DNA of 64,000 bases from a virus (IMGVR_UViG_3300036800_000031:1-64000), one strand, 5' to 3'; shown: positions 38,244 through 45,200, numbered from the stretch's first letter. The notes: generated by a model from the letters alone, not told the origin. Numbers and translations are program-made.

Positions 38244-38515
38244 TTCTGACCTTTCCGGGGCTTAGACGGCCGTAGAGAGGCTGGGGTGTGGTCCCTGGAG
38301 AGCCATTCAGCCTCGGTAGTCAGCAACGGGCCAGCTTCCGCCGGGTACTCCTTGCCGACCGCCGCCGCCAAGCTCCCGTCCCGCTTCCAGAGCATCCGTT
38401 CGGTGGCGACCACCATCGGCCGCTCGTCCTTCGGCTTCGGGTACGGGTACGACTTCAAATCCCAGTCAGCCGAATCCAGCGCCGATACTTCTCTCTCGCA
38501 GAACATCTTTGCCAC
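38240..38515 (-). CDS. small protein downstream of the capsid gene
   Basis: GTGA coupling. Confidence 0.55.
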   Translation of the reverse strand: MAKMFCEREVSALDSADWDLKSYPYPKPKDERPMVVATERMLWKRDGSLAAAVGKEYPAEAGPLLTTEAEWLSRDHTPASLRPSKPRKGQK

Positions 38516-38561
38516 GGGCTGATCCTAACTGTGGGTGTACACGAAACCTCGGGATAGACGC

Positions 38562-38593
38562 GGAGCGACCCCGGCCGAAGCCGGGGCCACTCC
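38562..38593 (-). terminator. GC-rich hairpin after the major capsid gene
   Basis: CCCCGGC/GCCGGGG inverted repeat; no U-tract. Confidence 0.35.
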
Positions 38594-38622
38594 ACCCGTA
38601 GCTCAATACGAACTGCTGCTGG

Positions 38623-39861
38623 TCAGACCGTGGTGACGTTGCAGAACAGGTCGGGACGGAAGATCATCAGTCCGACCCGCTCTTCGCAGACCATGAGGAT
38701 CTGGTTCAGCTCGGCGTACCGCTCCTTGTAGGTCTCCACGTTGACCTGCTCGCGGTCGGCGATCATGCCGCCCAGCTGGAAGTCGCCGACCAGCGAGGTG
38801 TTCAGCGCCATCGCACGGGTCCGGTAGGTCGGAACACCCCAAACCGTCAGCGGAAGGTCGCTGAAGGGGGTTCCGGCGTCGAACGTGCCCGAGCCGCCCG
38901 CTGCCCGCTTGGTGAACATGTTCCAAGCGTTGGTCGGGTTGAGGACAACCGCCGTCGGGGTGCCGTCGTGGTTCTCCACCTGAGCGAACGCAGCCCCGAA
39001 GGTCTGAGCGTTGTCGGTGTTGACCGCACCCTGCGTCAGCACGCCGTTGGCTCCCAGGACGCCCTGGAGGTCAGGCCAGGTGCCCGAACCGTTCAGGAAC
39101 TCCCAGTCCTCCTTGAAACGGACCAGGTACGGCAGCCGCTGGTTGATGTATTGGATCACGGCCTGGGCGTCCTCGAACAGCTGCTTCGAGATCACCAACG
39201 TGGCGGCGATGACGGTCGGGTCGGCCTTGGCAGCCTGGAAGCTCAGCGTGGCGTTGGGCTTCACTCCACCCTCGGGGACGGCGGATGCCGACTCGTAGTT
39301 GGTGGGGTTGAGTTCCTGGACGTAGGGAATCTGCGCCAGGGTGGTCGTCATCTTCGGGAACAGGTCCCGGAGGAACAACCGTGCCTGCCTCGGCACCGGG
39401 GCGATGGGCTGACCGACCGGGAGCAGGTAGCCCGCTCCAGAGGGGTCAACGCCGGGGGGGCCGGACGAACCAAAGTCCTGCACCGCACGGGTGAGCATCT
39501 GGTCCAGCGTGCCCTTGCCTTCGTAGGCTTCCTCGAAGGGGGCGTTGCGGGTGCCCGAGAGCGCCCACTTCACCATGTCCTCGGAGATGAACATTTCCCC
39601 GAGCGACCGGCGCTCGATGTCATCTTCGGTGCTGCGTGCCCCGCCACCAGCCGTTGCGGCCAGCTTTGCGTTGGCCCGGCGCTCCTCCAACTCGCCCAGC
39701 GTGATCTGAGCGTCAAGCTCATTCACCTTGGCGAACATGGACTGGAGGCGAGCGGAATCCTCATCGGAGCGCACGCCTTCGGGCAGGTCGGCGAACTCAC
39801 GACGGAGGTTTGCGCACTCCTCGTAAAGCTCGTCCAGGTTCAGGGTTGCTGCTTCAGCCAT
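38623..39861 (-). CDS. HK97-fold major capsid protein
   Basis: coiled-coil delta domain, VPEGGVKP, FLNGSG, GDF and EERVGLMIFRP motifs. Confidence 0.95.
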   Translation of the reverse strand: MAEAATLNLDELYEECANLRREFADLPEGVRSDEDSARLQSMFAKVNELDAQITLGELEERRANAKLAATAGGGARSTEDDIERRSLGEMFISEDMVKWALSGTRNAPFEEAYEGKGTLDQMLTRAVQDFGSSGPPGVDPSGAGYLLPVGQPIAPVPRQARLFLRDLFPKMTTTLAQIPYVQELNPTNYESASAVPEGGVKPNATLSFQAAKADPTVIAATLVISKQLFEDAQAVIQYINQRLPYLVRFKEDWEFLNGSGTWPDLQGVLGANGVLTQGAVNTDNAQTFGAAFAQVENHDGTPTAVVLNPTNAWNMFTKRAAGGSGTFDAGTPFSDLPLTVWGVPTYRTRAMALNTSLVGDFQLGGMIADREQVNVETYKERYAELNQILMVCEERVGLMIFRPDLFCNVTTV

Positions 39862-40059
39862 GACAGACCTCTTTCGATTGAATCAGGGAACGGACGCCCG
39901 GATAGGCGATCCAACGCTCTCCCGACGGTCAATCGGACCTGTCGTGGGGTGCTGAGGAGAAAGGTAGCGCAAGGAAGGGAGGAGGGTATGGGATACCCCC
40001 GAACGCGAAACGACCGGAGCCTTTTGGACCCCGGCCGAATCGCCTTCACAGTACCTACG

Positions 40060-40131
40060 TGGCGGAGGGGAGACTCGAACTCCCGACTTCCTGGTTATGA
40101 GCCAGACGGGCTGCCGCTGCCCTACTCCGCT
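40060..40131 (-). tRNA. tRNA-Met(CAT), initiator-like
   Basis: cloverleaf; loop CTCATAA; A1xC72 mismatch. Confidence 0.85.
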
Positions 40132-40661
40132 GTGCTCATAGAAGCTACCAGGGTGGGCCTACCGATAGCAAGGTATGGCTCCCAAGCGGGGTCTGGCCGG
40201 ATTTTCAGGAGGTGGGCAGCGACGCCCTTGGGCCGGAAAGGGGTGTTGTGAAGTTCCCATCCCAGCGAGTCCAGGGTCTGGTGGCCCTTCTTCTGATTGC
40301 ATCTCCGGCAACAAGCGGTGACGTTCTCCCAGGTGTGCTTTCCACCGAGCGCCCTGGGGACGATGTGGTCGATGGTGCCGTCCTGGCGGACGTCCTTCTG
40401 GCAGTAGCCACACCGGTACCCATCTCGGGCACAGACGTTGGAAGTGATGAGCATGATGCTCCGGTGCTTCTCGGGCATCACGACGTACTTCCGAAGGACG
40501 AGGACCGAGGGGACCATGACCTGAGTAGACGGAGAGCGGAAGACTTCACCGCTGTATTCGATGGGGTCGGCAAGCTCCTCCAGGTAAAGCTCGACAGCAT
40601 CCCGGTCGCGAATGATCGCGAGGGGTTCTCTGCTGGCGTTCAGGAGGAGCGCCCTGTTCAT
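40122..40661 (-). CDS. HNH endonuclease (McrA-like)
   Basis: RDGYRCGYC...TIDHIVPRALGG...WENVTACCRRCNQKKG. Confidence 0.9.
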   Translation of the reverse strand: MNRALLLNASREPLAIIRDRDAVELYLEELADPIEYSGEVFRSPSTQVMVPSVLVLRKYVVMPEKHRSIMLITSNVCARDGYRCGYCQKDVRQDGTIDHIVPRALGGKHTWENVTACCRRCNQKKGHQTLDSLGWELHNTPFRPKGVAAHLLKIRPDPAWEPYLAIGRPTLVASMSTAE

Positions 40662-40707
40662 CTGATTCTCGGTCTCTTTGTCATCGTCACTGCTTTCTGG
40701 TTGATTC

Positions 40708-40794
40708 TGGTCTCAGCGGCGGGAGTCGAACCCGCATGGCCGTTCAGGCCAGCCCGTTTTGAGCGGGGTGCGTATTCCGTTCCGCCACGCTGAG
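40708..40794 (-). tRNA. tRNA-Leu(CAA)
   Basis: type II cloverleaf, loop CTCAAAA, CCA encoded. Confidence 0.9.
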
Positions 40795-40812
40795 GTGATC
40801 TGAATAGTCCAA

Positions 40813-40899
40813 TGGTGCGAACGGGGAGAGTCGAACTCCCACTGGGCCGAGCCCACCACAGTCTCAGTGTGGCCTGTCTACCGATTCCAGCACGCTCGC
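40813..40899 (-). tRNA. tRNA-Leu(GAG)
   Basis: type II, loop CTGAGAC, CCA encoded. Confidence 0.9.
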
Positions 40900-40900
40900 A

Positions 40901-40972
40901 TGGTGCCCCCGCCCGGAATCGAACCGGGATCGGCCTGATTAGAAGTCAGAGGACGGATTCCATCCCGAGGGC
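40901..40972 (-). tRNA. tRNA-Arg(TCT), atypical D arm
   Basis: loop CTTCTAA, canonical T arm, CCA encoded. Confidence 0.75.
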
Positions 40973-40973
40973 T

Positions 40974-41043
40974 TGGTACCGGAGCCGAGAATCGAACTCG
41001 GTCGCCACGATTATGAGCCGTGGGCCTGCCCAGCAAATCCGGC
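40974..41043 (-). tRNA. tRNA-Met/Ile2(CAT), short D arm
   Basis: loop CTCATAA, T arm, CCA encoded. Confidence 0.7.
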
Positions 41044-41193
41044 AAGATCAGATCGAATCTCCCGTGTGGCCTCTCGCTTCTCCTGGGCACGGGTAATGCG
41101 CTCGGGGCGTAGCCAGGAGTTGACCTCGCACATCCGATGCCCGTGGACAGGGCAGTGTGCGTTGATACCGATGTGCCCACGCATTTTCGCCAT
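41011..41193 (-). CDS. small basic protein inside the tRNA array
   Basis: MAKMRGHIG..CPVHGH..C...RAQEKREA; fills the gap between tRNAs. Confidence 0.5.
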   Translation of the reverse strand: MAKMRGHIGINAHCPVHGHRMCEVNSWLRPERITRAQEKREATREIRSDLAGFAGQAHGS

Positions 41194-41207
41194 GAGCACA
41201 TCGTAGG

Positions 41208-41283
41208 TGGGGTGGATGAGGGGAATCGAACCCCCTAACAGACACGGTCACAGCGTGCTCCCTCGCCATTTGGGTTCATCCAC
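41208..41283 (-). tRNA. tRNA-His(GTG)
   Basis: loop CTGTGAC, C73, CCA encoded. Confidence 0.85.
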
Positions 41284-41285
41284 AG

Positions 41286-41357
41286 TCCACCAGGTAGGGA
41301 TCGAACCTACGACCTTCACTTTGTAAGAGTGCTGCGCTCCCGCTGCGCCACTGGTGG
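41286..41357 (-). tRNA. tRNA-Val(TAC)
   Basis: loop CTTACAA. Confidence 0.9.
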
Positions 41358-41414
41358 TTGATGCTGGGGCCGGAGGATCGTAGGCAGGCCCTTACCTCCC
41401 CTCCGGCCTTAGCG

Positions 41415-41487
41415 TGCCCCCGGCAGGAATCGAACCCGCTCATCCTCCGATTAAAAGTCGGCTGACCTCCCACTGGCCTACAAGGGC
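41415..41487 (-). tRNA. tRNA-Lys(TTT)
   Basis: loop CTTTTAA. Confidence 0.85.
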
Positions 41488-41488
41488 A

Positions 41489-41564
41489 TGGTCCCCACCC
41501 TGGGTGTCGAACCCAGTGTCTTCCGAGTATCAGTCGGACGCCTTCACCGTCTGGCCCGATGGGG
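41489..41564 (-). tRNA. tRNA-Ile(GAT)
   Basis: loop CTGATAC, CCA encoded. Confidence 0.9.
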
Positions 41565-41608
41565 ATAAGTCAGGGCGGGATGGCAGCGAACCACCATCAC
41601 CGCCCCGG

Positions 41609-41681
41609 TGCCCGCAGAGGGTCTCGATCCCCCGGCCTTCGGCGTGTCGTGCCGACGCTCTCCCAACTGAGCTATGCGAGC
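41609..41681 (-). tRNA. tRNA-Val(GAC)
   Basis: loop ACGACAC (C33), otherwise canonical. Confidence 0.8.
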
Positions 41682-41682
41682 T

Positions 41683-41830
41683 TGGTGGAAACTCTCTCCC
41701 GGTCACGTCTGGCGACCGAACGGCACCGAGAGGGATGAACTCCGATGCTTCACGGTCGGCGGCTTCAGCCACGTTCATCAGCGCGTGACGCCACCCAGCG
41801 ACGTTCCTGAGAAGGAGGAGACAGGCTCCC
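41683..41830 (-). ncRNA. 148-nt structured RNA ending ACCA with an Ala-type acceptor stem
   Basis: 5' GGGAGC pairs with 3' GTTTCC-ACCA; internal GTCACG/CGTGAC and GATGAAC/GTTCATC helices. Confidence 0.55.
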
Positions 41831-41837
41831 CCTTCGG

Positions 41838-41910
41838 TGGTTCCCGCCGGGATCGAACCGACGCCTTCCGGGCTTCAACCGGACGCTGCTGCCAACTAAG
41901 CTAGAGAACC
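41838..41910 (-). tRNA. tRNA-Phe(GAA)
   Basis: loop TTGAAGC; 5' end overlaps the HNH stop codon. Confidence 0.85.
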
Positions 41911-42368
41911 TTGTTTTTTCTCCCCCGCCAGGTCGGCGTAAGGGCATGGCAGTTGGGGCATAGGATCGCCAGGTTCTCGATCCGGTGATCGTCCTTCACC
42001 CCGTTCATATGGTCAACCTCCAGTGGTATTGGCTGACCCATCCACTGGACCCGCTTGCACTCTTTACATTGACGCTTCCGCCCCTGCGCCAAGAGAATGG
42101 GCAGGAGGTGATAGGTCGGGTAGGTCGAGTTCTCGCAAAAGATTTCCTCCAGCGTGCGCCGACGAAGGGGCGCTCCACGGGTACCAACCCAGGACTGCCC
42201 GGTGAAGTGGCTGACATCGGCCCCAAGCCGCTTTGCATGTCTCTGGACCGAGCCGTAGTTGCCTCCGGCGAGATTAAGGCCGACTCCCCTGACTACCTGC
42301 GCCCAACTGGTCGAGGCGACGATGGCCTCCAGTAGCTCGGAATCGGTCCATGACCTCGGCTTGCCCAT
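41901..42368 (-). CDS. HNH homing endonuclease
   Basis: CKEC...W.GQPIPLEVDHMNGVKDDHRIENLAILCPNCH. Confidence 0.9.
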   Translation of the reverse strand: MGKPRSWTDSELLEAIVASTSWAQVVRGVGLNLAGGNYGSVQRHAKRLGADVSHFTGQSWVGTRGAPLRRRTLEEIFCENSTYPTYHLLPILLAQGRKRQCKECKRVQWMGQPIPLEVDHMNGVKDDHRIENLAILCPNCHALTPTWRGRKNKVL

Positions 42369-42385
42369 GCCGTAGTCTACCGTTA

Positions 42386-42416
42386 CGGACGCTCTCCCTG
42401 ACTGAGCTAGGGAACC
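42386..42416 (-). pseudogene. orphan 5' half of tRNA-Phe
   Basis: GGTTCCC-TAGCTCAGTCAGGGAGAGC-GTCCG, breaks off in the anticodon stem. Confidence 0.8.
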
Positions 42417-42417
42417 T

Positions 42418-42492
42418 TGGTGCGGCCCGGAGGAATCGAACCCCATCCGAGAGGGCATAAGCCTCTCTGCGGCCACCAGCCGCACGAGCCGC
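42418..42492 (-). tRNA. tRNA-Ile(TAT)
   Basis: loop CTTATGC, A73, CCA encoded. Confidence 0.75.
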
Positions 42493-42493
42493 A

Positions 42494-42566
42494 TGGAGCC
42501 GTCGCTGGGGGTCAAACCCAGCCGGGCGTCGTTACAAAGGACACCTCCGCATCGGGCGGCGACGGC
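42494..42566 (-). tRNA. tRNA-Thr(TGT), atypical
   Basis: loop TTTGTAA, GCC...GGC-TCCA acceptor, degenerate D arm. Confidence 0.65.
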
Positions 42567-42567
42567 A

Positions 42568-42646
42568 TGGCTGGGGAGGAGGGCCTCGAACCCCCAAGGA
42601 ATCCTGTTTCAAAGACAGGCGACTTTGCCACTTTGTCTACTCCCCA
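42568..42646 (-). tRNA. tRNA-Gln(TTG)
   Basis: loop CTTTGAA, CCA encoded. Confidence 0.9.
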
Positions 42647-42647
42647 A

Positions 42648-42721
42648 TGGAACGGACGAAGGGAATCGAACCCTCATAGTCAGATTGGAAGTCTGACGTT
42701 CTACCGTTGAACTACGTCCGC
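42648..42721 (-). tRNA. tRNA-Gly(TCC)
   Basis: loop CTTCCAA, CCA encoded. Confidence 0.9.
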
Positions 42722-42722
42722 A

Positions 42723-42824
42723 TGGTGGACAGAGAGAAGATGCTCTCGACGTATTACCGCCGTAAGTGTGACCCTCCCCTTTCCCAAGACCGTGGCATTG
42801 CCAGCTTGGGTTAGGCGTCTGCCC
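42723..42824 (-). ncRNA. 102-nt structured RNA ending ACCA with an Ala-type acceptor stem
   Basis: GGGCAGA/TCTGTCC-ACCA 7-bp stem with G3:U70; no TTC loop and no anticodon arm. Confidence 0.6.
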
Positions 42825-42835
42825 AGCGCCATCGG

Positions 42836-42907
42836 AGCGAATGACGGGGGTCGAACCCGCGACCTTCTCGTTGGCAACGAGACGCTCTACCACTGAGCCA
42901 CATTCGC
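42836..42907 (-). tRNA. tRNA-Gly(GCC)
   Basis: loop TTGCCAA. Confidence 0.9.
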
Positions 42908-42909
42908 AT

Positions 42910-42983
42910 TGGAGGCTGGACCCGGAATCGAACCGGGCTGACGCGGGTTGCAACCGCGCACCTCACCACTCGGCCATCCAGCC
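42910..42983 (-). tRNA. tRNA-Cys(GCA)
   Basis: loop TTGCAAC, U73, CCA encoded. Confidence 0.9.
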
Positions 42984-42987
42984 AAAG

Positions 42988-43058
42988 CCCCCTCGCTAGG
43001 TAACGATCCCAGTTCTTCCGATTAACAGTCGGACGTGTGGCCTTCACACCGCAAGGGG
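42988..43058 (-). tRNA. tRNA-Asn(GTT), divergent D and T loops
   Basis: loop CTGTTAA. Confidence 0.75.
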
Positions 43059-43062
43059 AAAA

Positions 43063-43479
43063 TCAAGCCACCACCTGCCGGTTGGCGCACCCACCCATTC
43101 GGTAGATCCGTTTGGCCTCCCTGCATCGGGAACACCGGCAGCCGTTTGGCATGTTGTACCGAGCACCTGTTCCGTGAGGTGGTACCGGCAACTTGTTGTG
43201 TCCACCACCAGAAGCCATATCTCCGGCTTCTTTCCCTTTCTCTATGTGGAGGGCATGGCAAAGAAGTTGACATTTCTCCAACTCGACCAAGAGGTTCTCC
43301 ATCGAGTGAGAGAGCATGTTCGCTATCCCCTCGACCTTTGTAGTCCGGTCGATGTGGTCTATTTCTAGGCGGTCTGTCGTACCGCAACGGACGCATTCAC
43401 CTCCGAGGAAGTCGATAACGAACTCTCGTCGCTTCTTCCGACGTTCGACCATGTAGGTGTTCATATCTGCCATCGGCAT
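43063..43479 (-). CDS. HNH endonuclease
   Basis: LGGECVRCG...LEIDHID...ELEKCQLLCHALH; C-terminal HGT...GCRCSRC. Confidence 0.85.
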   Translation of the reverse strand: MPMADMNTYMVERRKKRREFVIDFLGGECVRCGTTDRLEIDHIDRTTKVEGIANMLSHSMENLLVELEKCQLLCHALHIEKGKEAGDMASGGGHNKLPVPPHGTGARYNMPNGCRCSRCREAKRIYRMGGCANRQVVA

Positions 43480-43539
43480 AGGGGTTAACCGTACTACCGA
43501 CGCCGACTGAGCACCCCCGCCAAGAGGGTCCGGTCAGGA

Positions 43540-43590
43540 TGGTGCCAGGCTTTCCGCCCCACTCGATCCCCGAAGGGTTACGAACCTGGC
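43540..43590 (-). ncRNA. 51-nt mini-RNA ending ACCA
   Basis: GCCAGGTT/AGCCTGGC-ACCA stem enclosing a CCC-TTCG-GGG hairpin. Confidence 0.4.
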
Positions 43591-43602
43591 TGGTGGTCTT
43601 CG

Positions 43603-43674
43603 TAGCGCGTGCGGGTGTTGATCCCGCGGCCTCCTGACTGAGAATCAGGCGTTCTCCCGTTGAACTAACGCGCC
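43603..43674 (-). tRNA. tRNA-Glu(CTC)
   Basis: loop TTCTCAG. Confidence 0.85.
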
Positions 43675-43675
43675 T

Positions 43676-43750
43676 TGGTACAGCGACGGAGAATCGAACT
43701 CCGATTACCAGGGTGAAAACCTGGCCTCTTCGCCGTTAGAGGATCGCTGC
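43676..43750 (-). tRNA. tRNA-Glu(TTC)
   Basis: loop TTTTCAC, CCA encoded. Confidence 0.9.
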
Positions 43751-43816
43751 ATGAAGCTGAGTAGCCGCCACCCCAGGTACCCAGGTGACCAGTGAAGCCC
43801 CGGCGGACTGCCCCGG

Positions 43817-43900
43817 CGGAGAGTACAGGTGTCGATCCCGCGGACTTTCATCCGTATCCCTGCTTTCAAGGCAGGTTCCCAGGCCGCTGGGATACTCTCC
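43817..43900 (-). tRNA. tRNA-Ser(TGA)
   Basis: type II, loop CTTGAAA, G73. Confidence 0.8.
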
Positions 43901-44301
43901 CTGCTCGGGCTCGAACGGTGTTCTTGCCCTTGTAGGTTTCCGTCTGAGCGTGACAGTTCGCGCAGAGCAGACGGAGATTCTCGATGCGGTGGTCATCGTT
44001 GATCCATCTCCAACGGAGCTGGCTCGCCGTTCCATTCGGTCAGGCCACACCGATCACACTTCGGCTGCTTGATCCCCTCTCGGAGAAGCCGCCGTTTCAC
44101 GTTGCCGGTGCTGTAGGTGGAGTGCTCCACTAGCACCGACTCCAGGGACCTCTGGTTGCCCCGTGGGGTCGCCCACGGCCTCGTGTGGGAGGTCGAGCAA
44201 CTGATGGAGCAGTAGGCCCGCTGGGTCTGAGACAGGAAGTTGTGACAGGAGCCATTCCCGCAAACATGCTGGCTGCGACCAGCGATCGGGAGCCAACTCA
44301 T
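43866..44301 (-). pseudogene. frameshifted HNH endonuclease
   Basis: one frame ends ...WNGEPAPLEMD and another continues NDDHRIENLRLLCANCHAQTETYKGKN; the HING segment is missing. Confidence 0.8.
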
Positions 44302-44346
44302 GACGACAGCTTACTATCCTGTTCGGGCGACCGAATGGCCGTCCAG

Positions 44347-44429
44347 CGGAAGTGGTCGGGGTCGAACCGACAGGGGCTTTCACCCGTAGACGCTTAGCGG
44401 GCGTCCTGCTCACCATTCGCATCACTTCC
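44347..44429 (-). tRNA. tRNA-Ser(GCT)
   Basis: type II, loop CCGCTAA (C33), G73. Confidence 0.8.
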
Positions 44430-44433
44430 AAAG

Positions 44434-44501
44434 AACCCCCGCTGGGAATCGAACCCAGCCAGCCGGTTTAGGAAACCAGCGCCCCTTCCACGGGCGAGGG
44501 C
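44434..44501 (-). tRNA. tRNA-Arg(CCT), reduced D arm
   Basis: loop TTCCTAA. Confidence 0.7.
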
Positions 44502-44502
44502 A

Positions 44503-44578
44503 TGGAGCCGACAGCCGGGATCGAACCGGCCACCTACGCGTTACGAGTGCGTCGCTCTCCCTACTGAGCTATGTCGGC
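44503..44578 (-). tRNA. tRNA-Thr(CGT)
   Basis: loop CTCGTAA, CCA encoded. Confidence 0.9.
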
Positions 44579-44579
44579 A

Positions 44580-44656
44580 TGGAGCCACGACGGGGGATCG
44601 AACCCCGGACCTCCTACTTACCAAGCAGGCGCTCTCCCTGACTGAGCTATCGCGGC
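44580..44656 (-). tRNA. tRNA-Thr(GGT)
   Basis: loop TTGGTAA, CCA encoded. Confidence 0.9.
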
Positions 44657-44730
44657 CGGACCGGCTAGACCATCAGCGCCCTTCCGGGTTGATTACGTCA
44701 GGGACGTTGTACACCGTCCTTTTCGCCGAG

Positions 44731-44799
44731 TGGCCAAGGTGGGACTCGAACCCACAGGGCGTTCCTTCGGAGGGATCGCTGCATTCCATCGCCTTGGCC
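44731..44799 (-). tRNA. tRNA-Arg(CCG)-like, degenerate D arm
   Basis: perfect acceptor and T arms; loop CTCCGAA on an extended, mismatched stem. Confidence 0.55.
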
Positions 44800-44800
44800 C

Positions 44801-44876
44801 TGGTACCCCCATCCAGGGTCGAACTGAAATCTTCGGTTCCGTAGACCGACGCTCTGATCCATTGAGCTATGAGGGC
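44801..44876 (-). tRNA. tRNA-Arg(ACG)
   Basis: loop CTACGGA, CCA encoded. Confidence 0.9.
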
Positions 44877-44882
44877 AAGAAA

Positions 44883-44993
44883 AAAGCGGACCTCCCACTC
44901 GCAGGCCGGTATGCCTTCCGACCCCGTACACTCGGCTCGGGCACCACCCCTTCGCCACGTCGCAATCATGCTGGTGGTAAGACGGTCCGCTTT
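44883..44993 (-). ncRNA. 111-nt rod-shaped structured RNA
   Basis: AAAGCGGACC/GGTCCGCTTT terminal helix extended by three further helices; 3' U-tract. Confidence 0.5.
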
Positions 44994-45048
44994 CGGGACA
45001 GCCGCCCTGTGGCGGCTTTTCATCGCAGGATTGCCTGCGCATCCCGAG

Positions 45049-45121
45049 CGGTCGTGACCGGTTTTGATCCGGCTACCTCCACCTTGACAGGGTGGCGCTC
45101 TCCCGAGTGAGCTACACGACC
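45049..45121 (-). tRNA. tRNA-Asp(GTC)
   Basis: loop CTGTCAA, G73. Confidence 0.9.
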
Positions 45122-45122
45122 T

Positions 45123-45199
45123 TGGTCCGCTAGACAGGATTTGAACCTGCGACCTCATCGTCCCGAACGATGCGCGCTCCCTAGCTGCGCTACTAGCGG
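45123..45199 (-). tRNA. tRNA-Pro(CGG)
   Basis: loop TTCGGGA, CCA encoded. Confidence 0.9.
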
Positions 45200-45200
45200 T

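Noticed and set aside
41363-41605. Short hairpins between tRNAs (41363-41413, 41573-41605; also 46130-46210)
   Set aside because: Simple stems without other hallmarks; probably processing spacers and not supportable as genes.
41683-41830. tmRNA or hammerhead ribozyme (CTGATGA present)
   Set aside because: Too short and no T arm for tmRNA; the GATGAAC is paired in a helix and the GAAA core of a hammerhead is absent.
41901-42416. Group I intron in tRNA-Phe or tRNA-Trp
   Set aside because: Only about 20 nt separate each orphan 5' half from the HNH start, leaving no room for a ribozyme core, and a complete tRNA follows.
41609-45121. A54 (ATC) T loops in the Val, Asn, Glu, Ser and Asp tRNAs as a novelty
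   Set aside because: Similar T loops occur in some actinobacterial tRNAs, so this is probably host-like.
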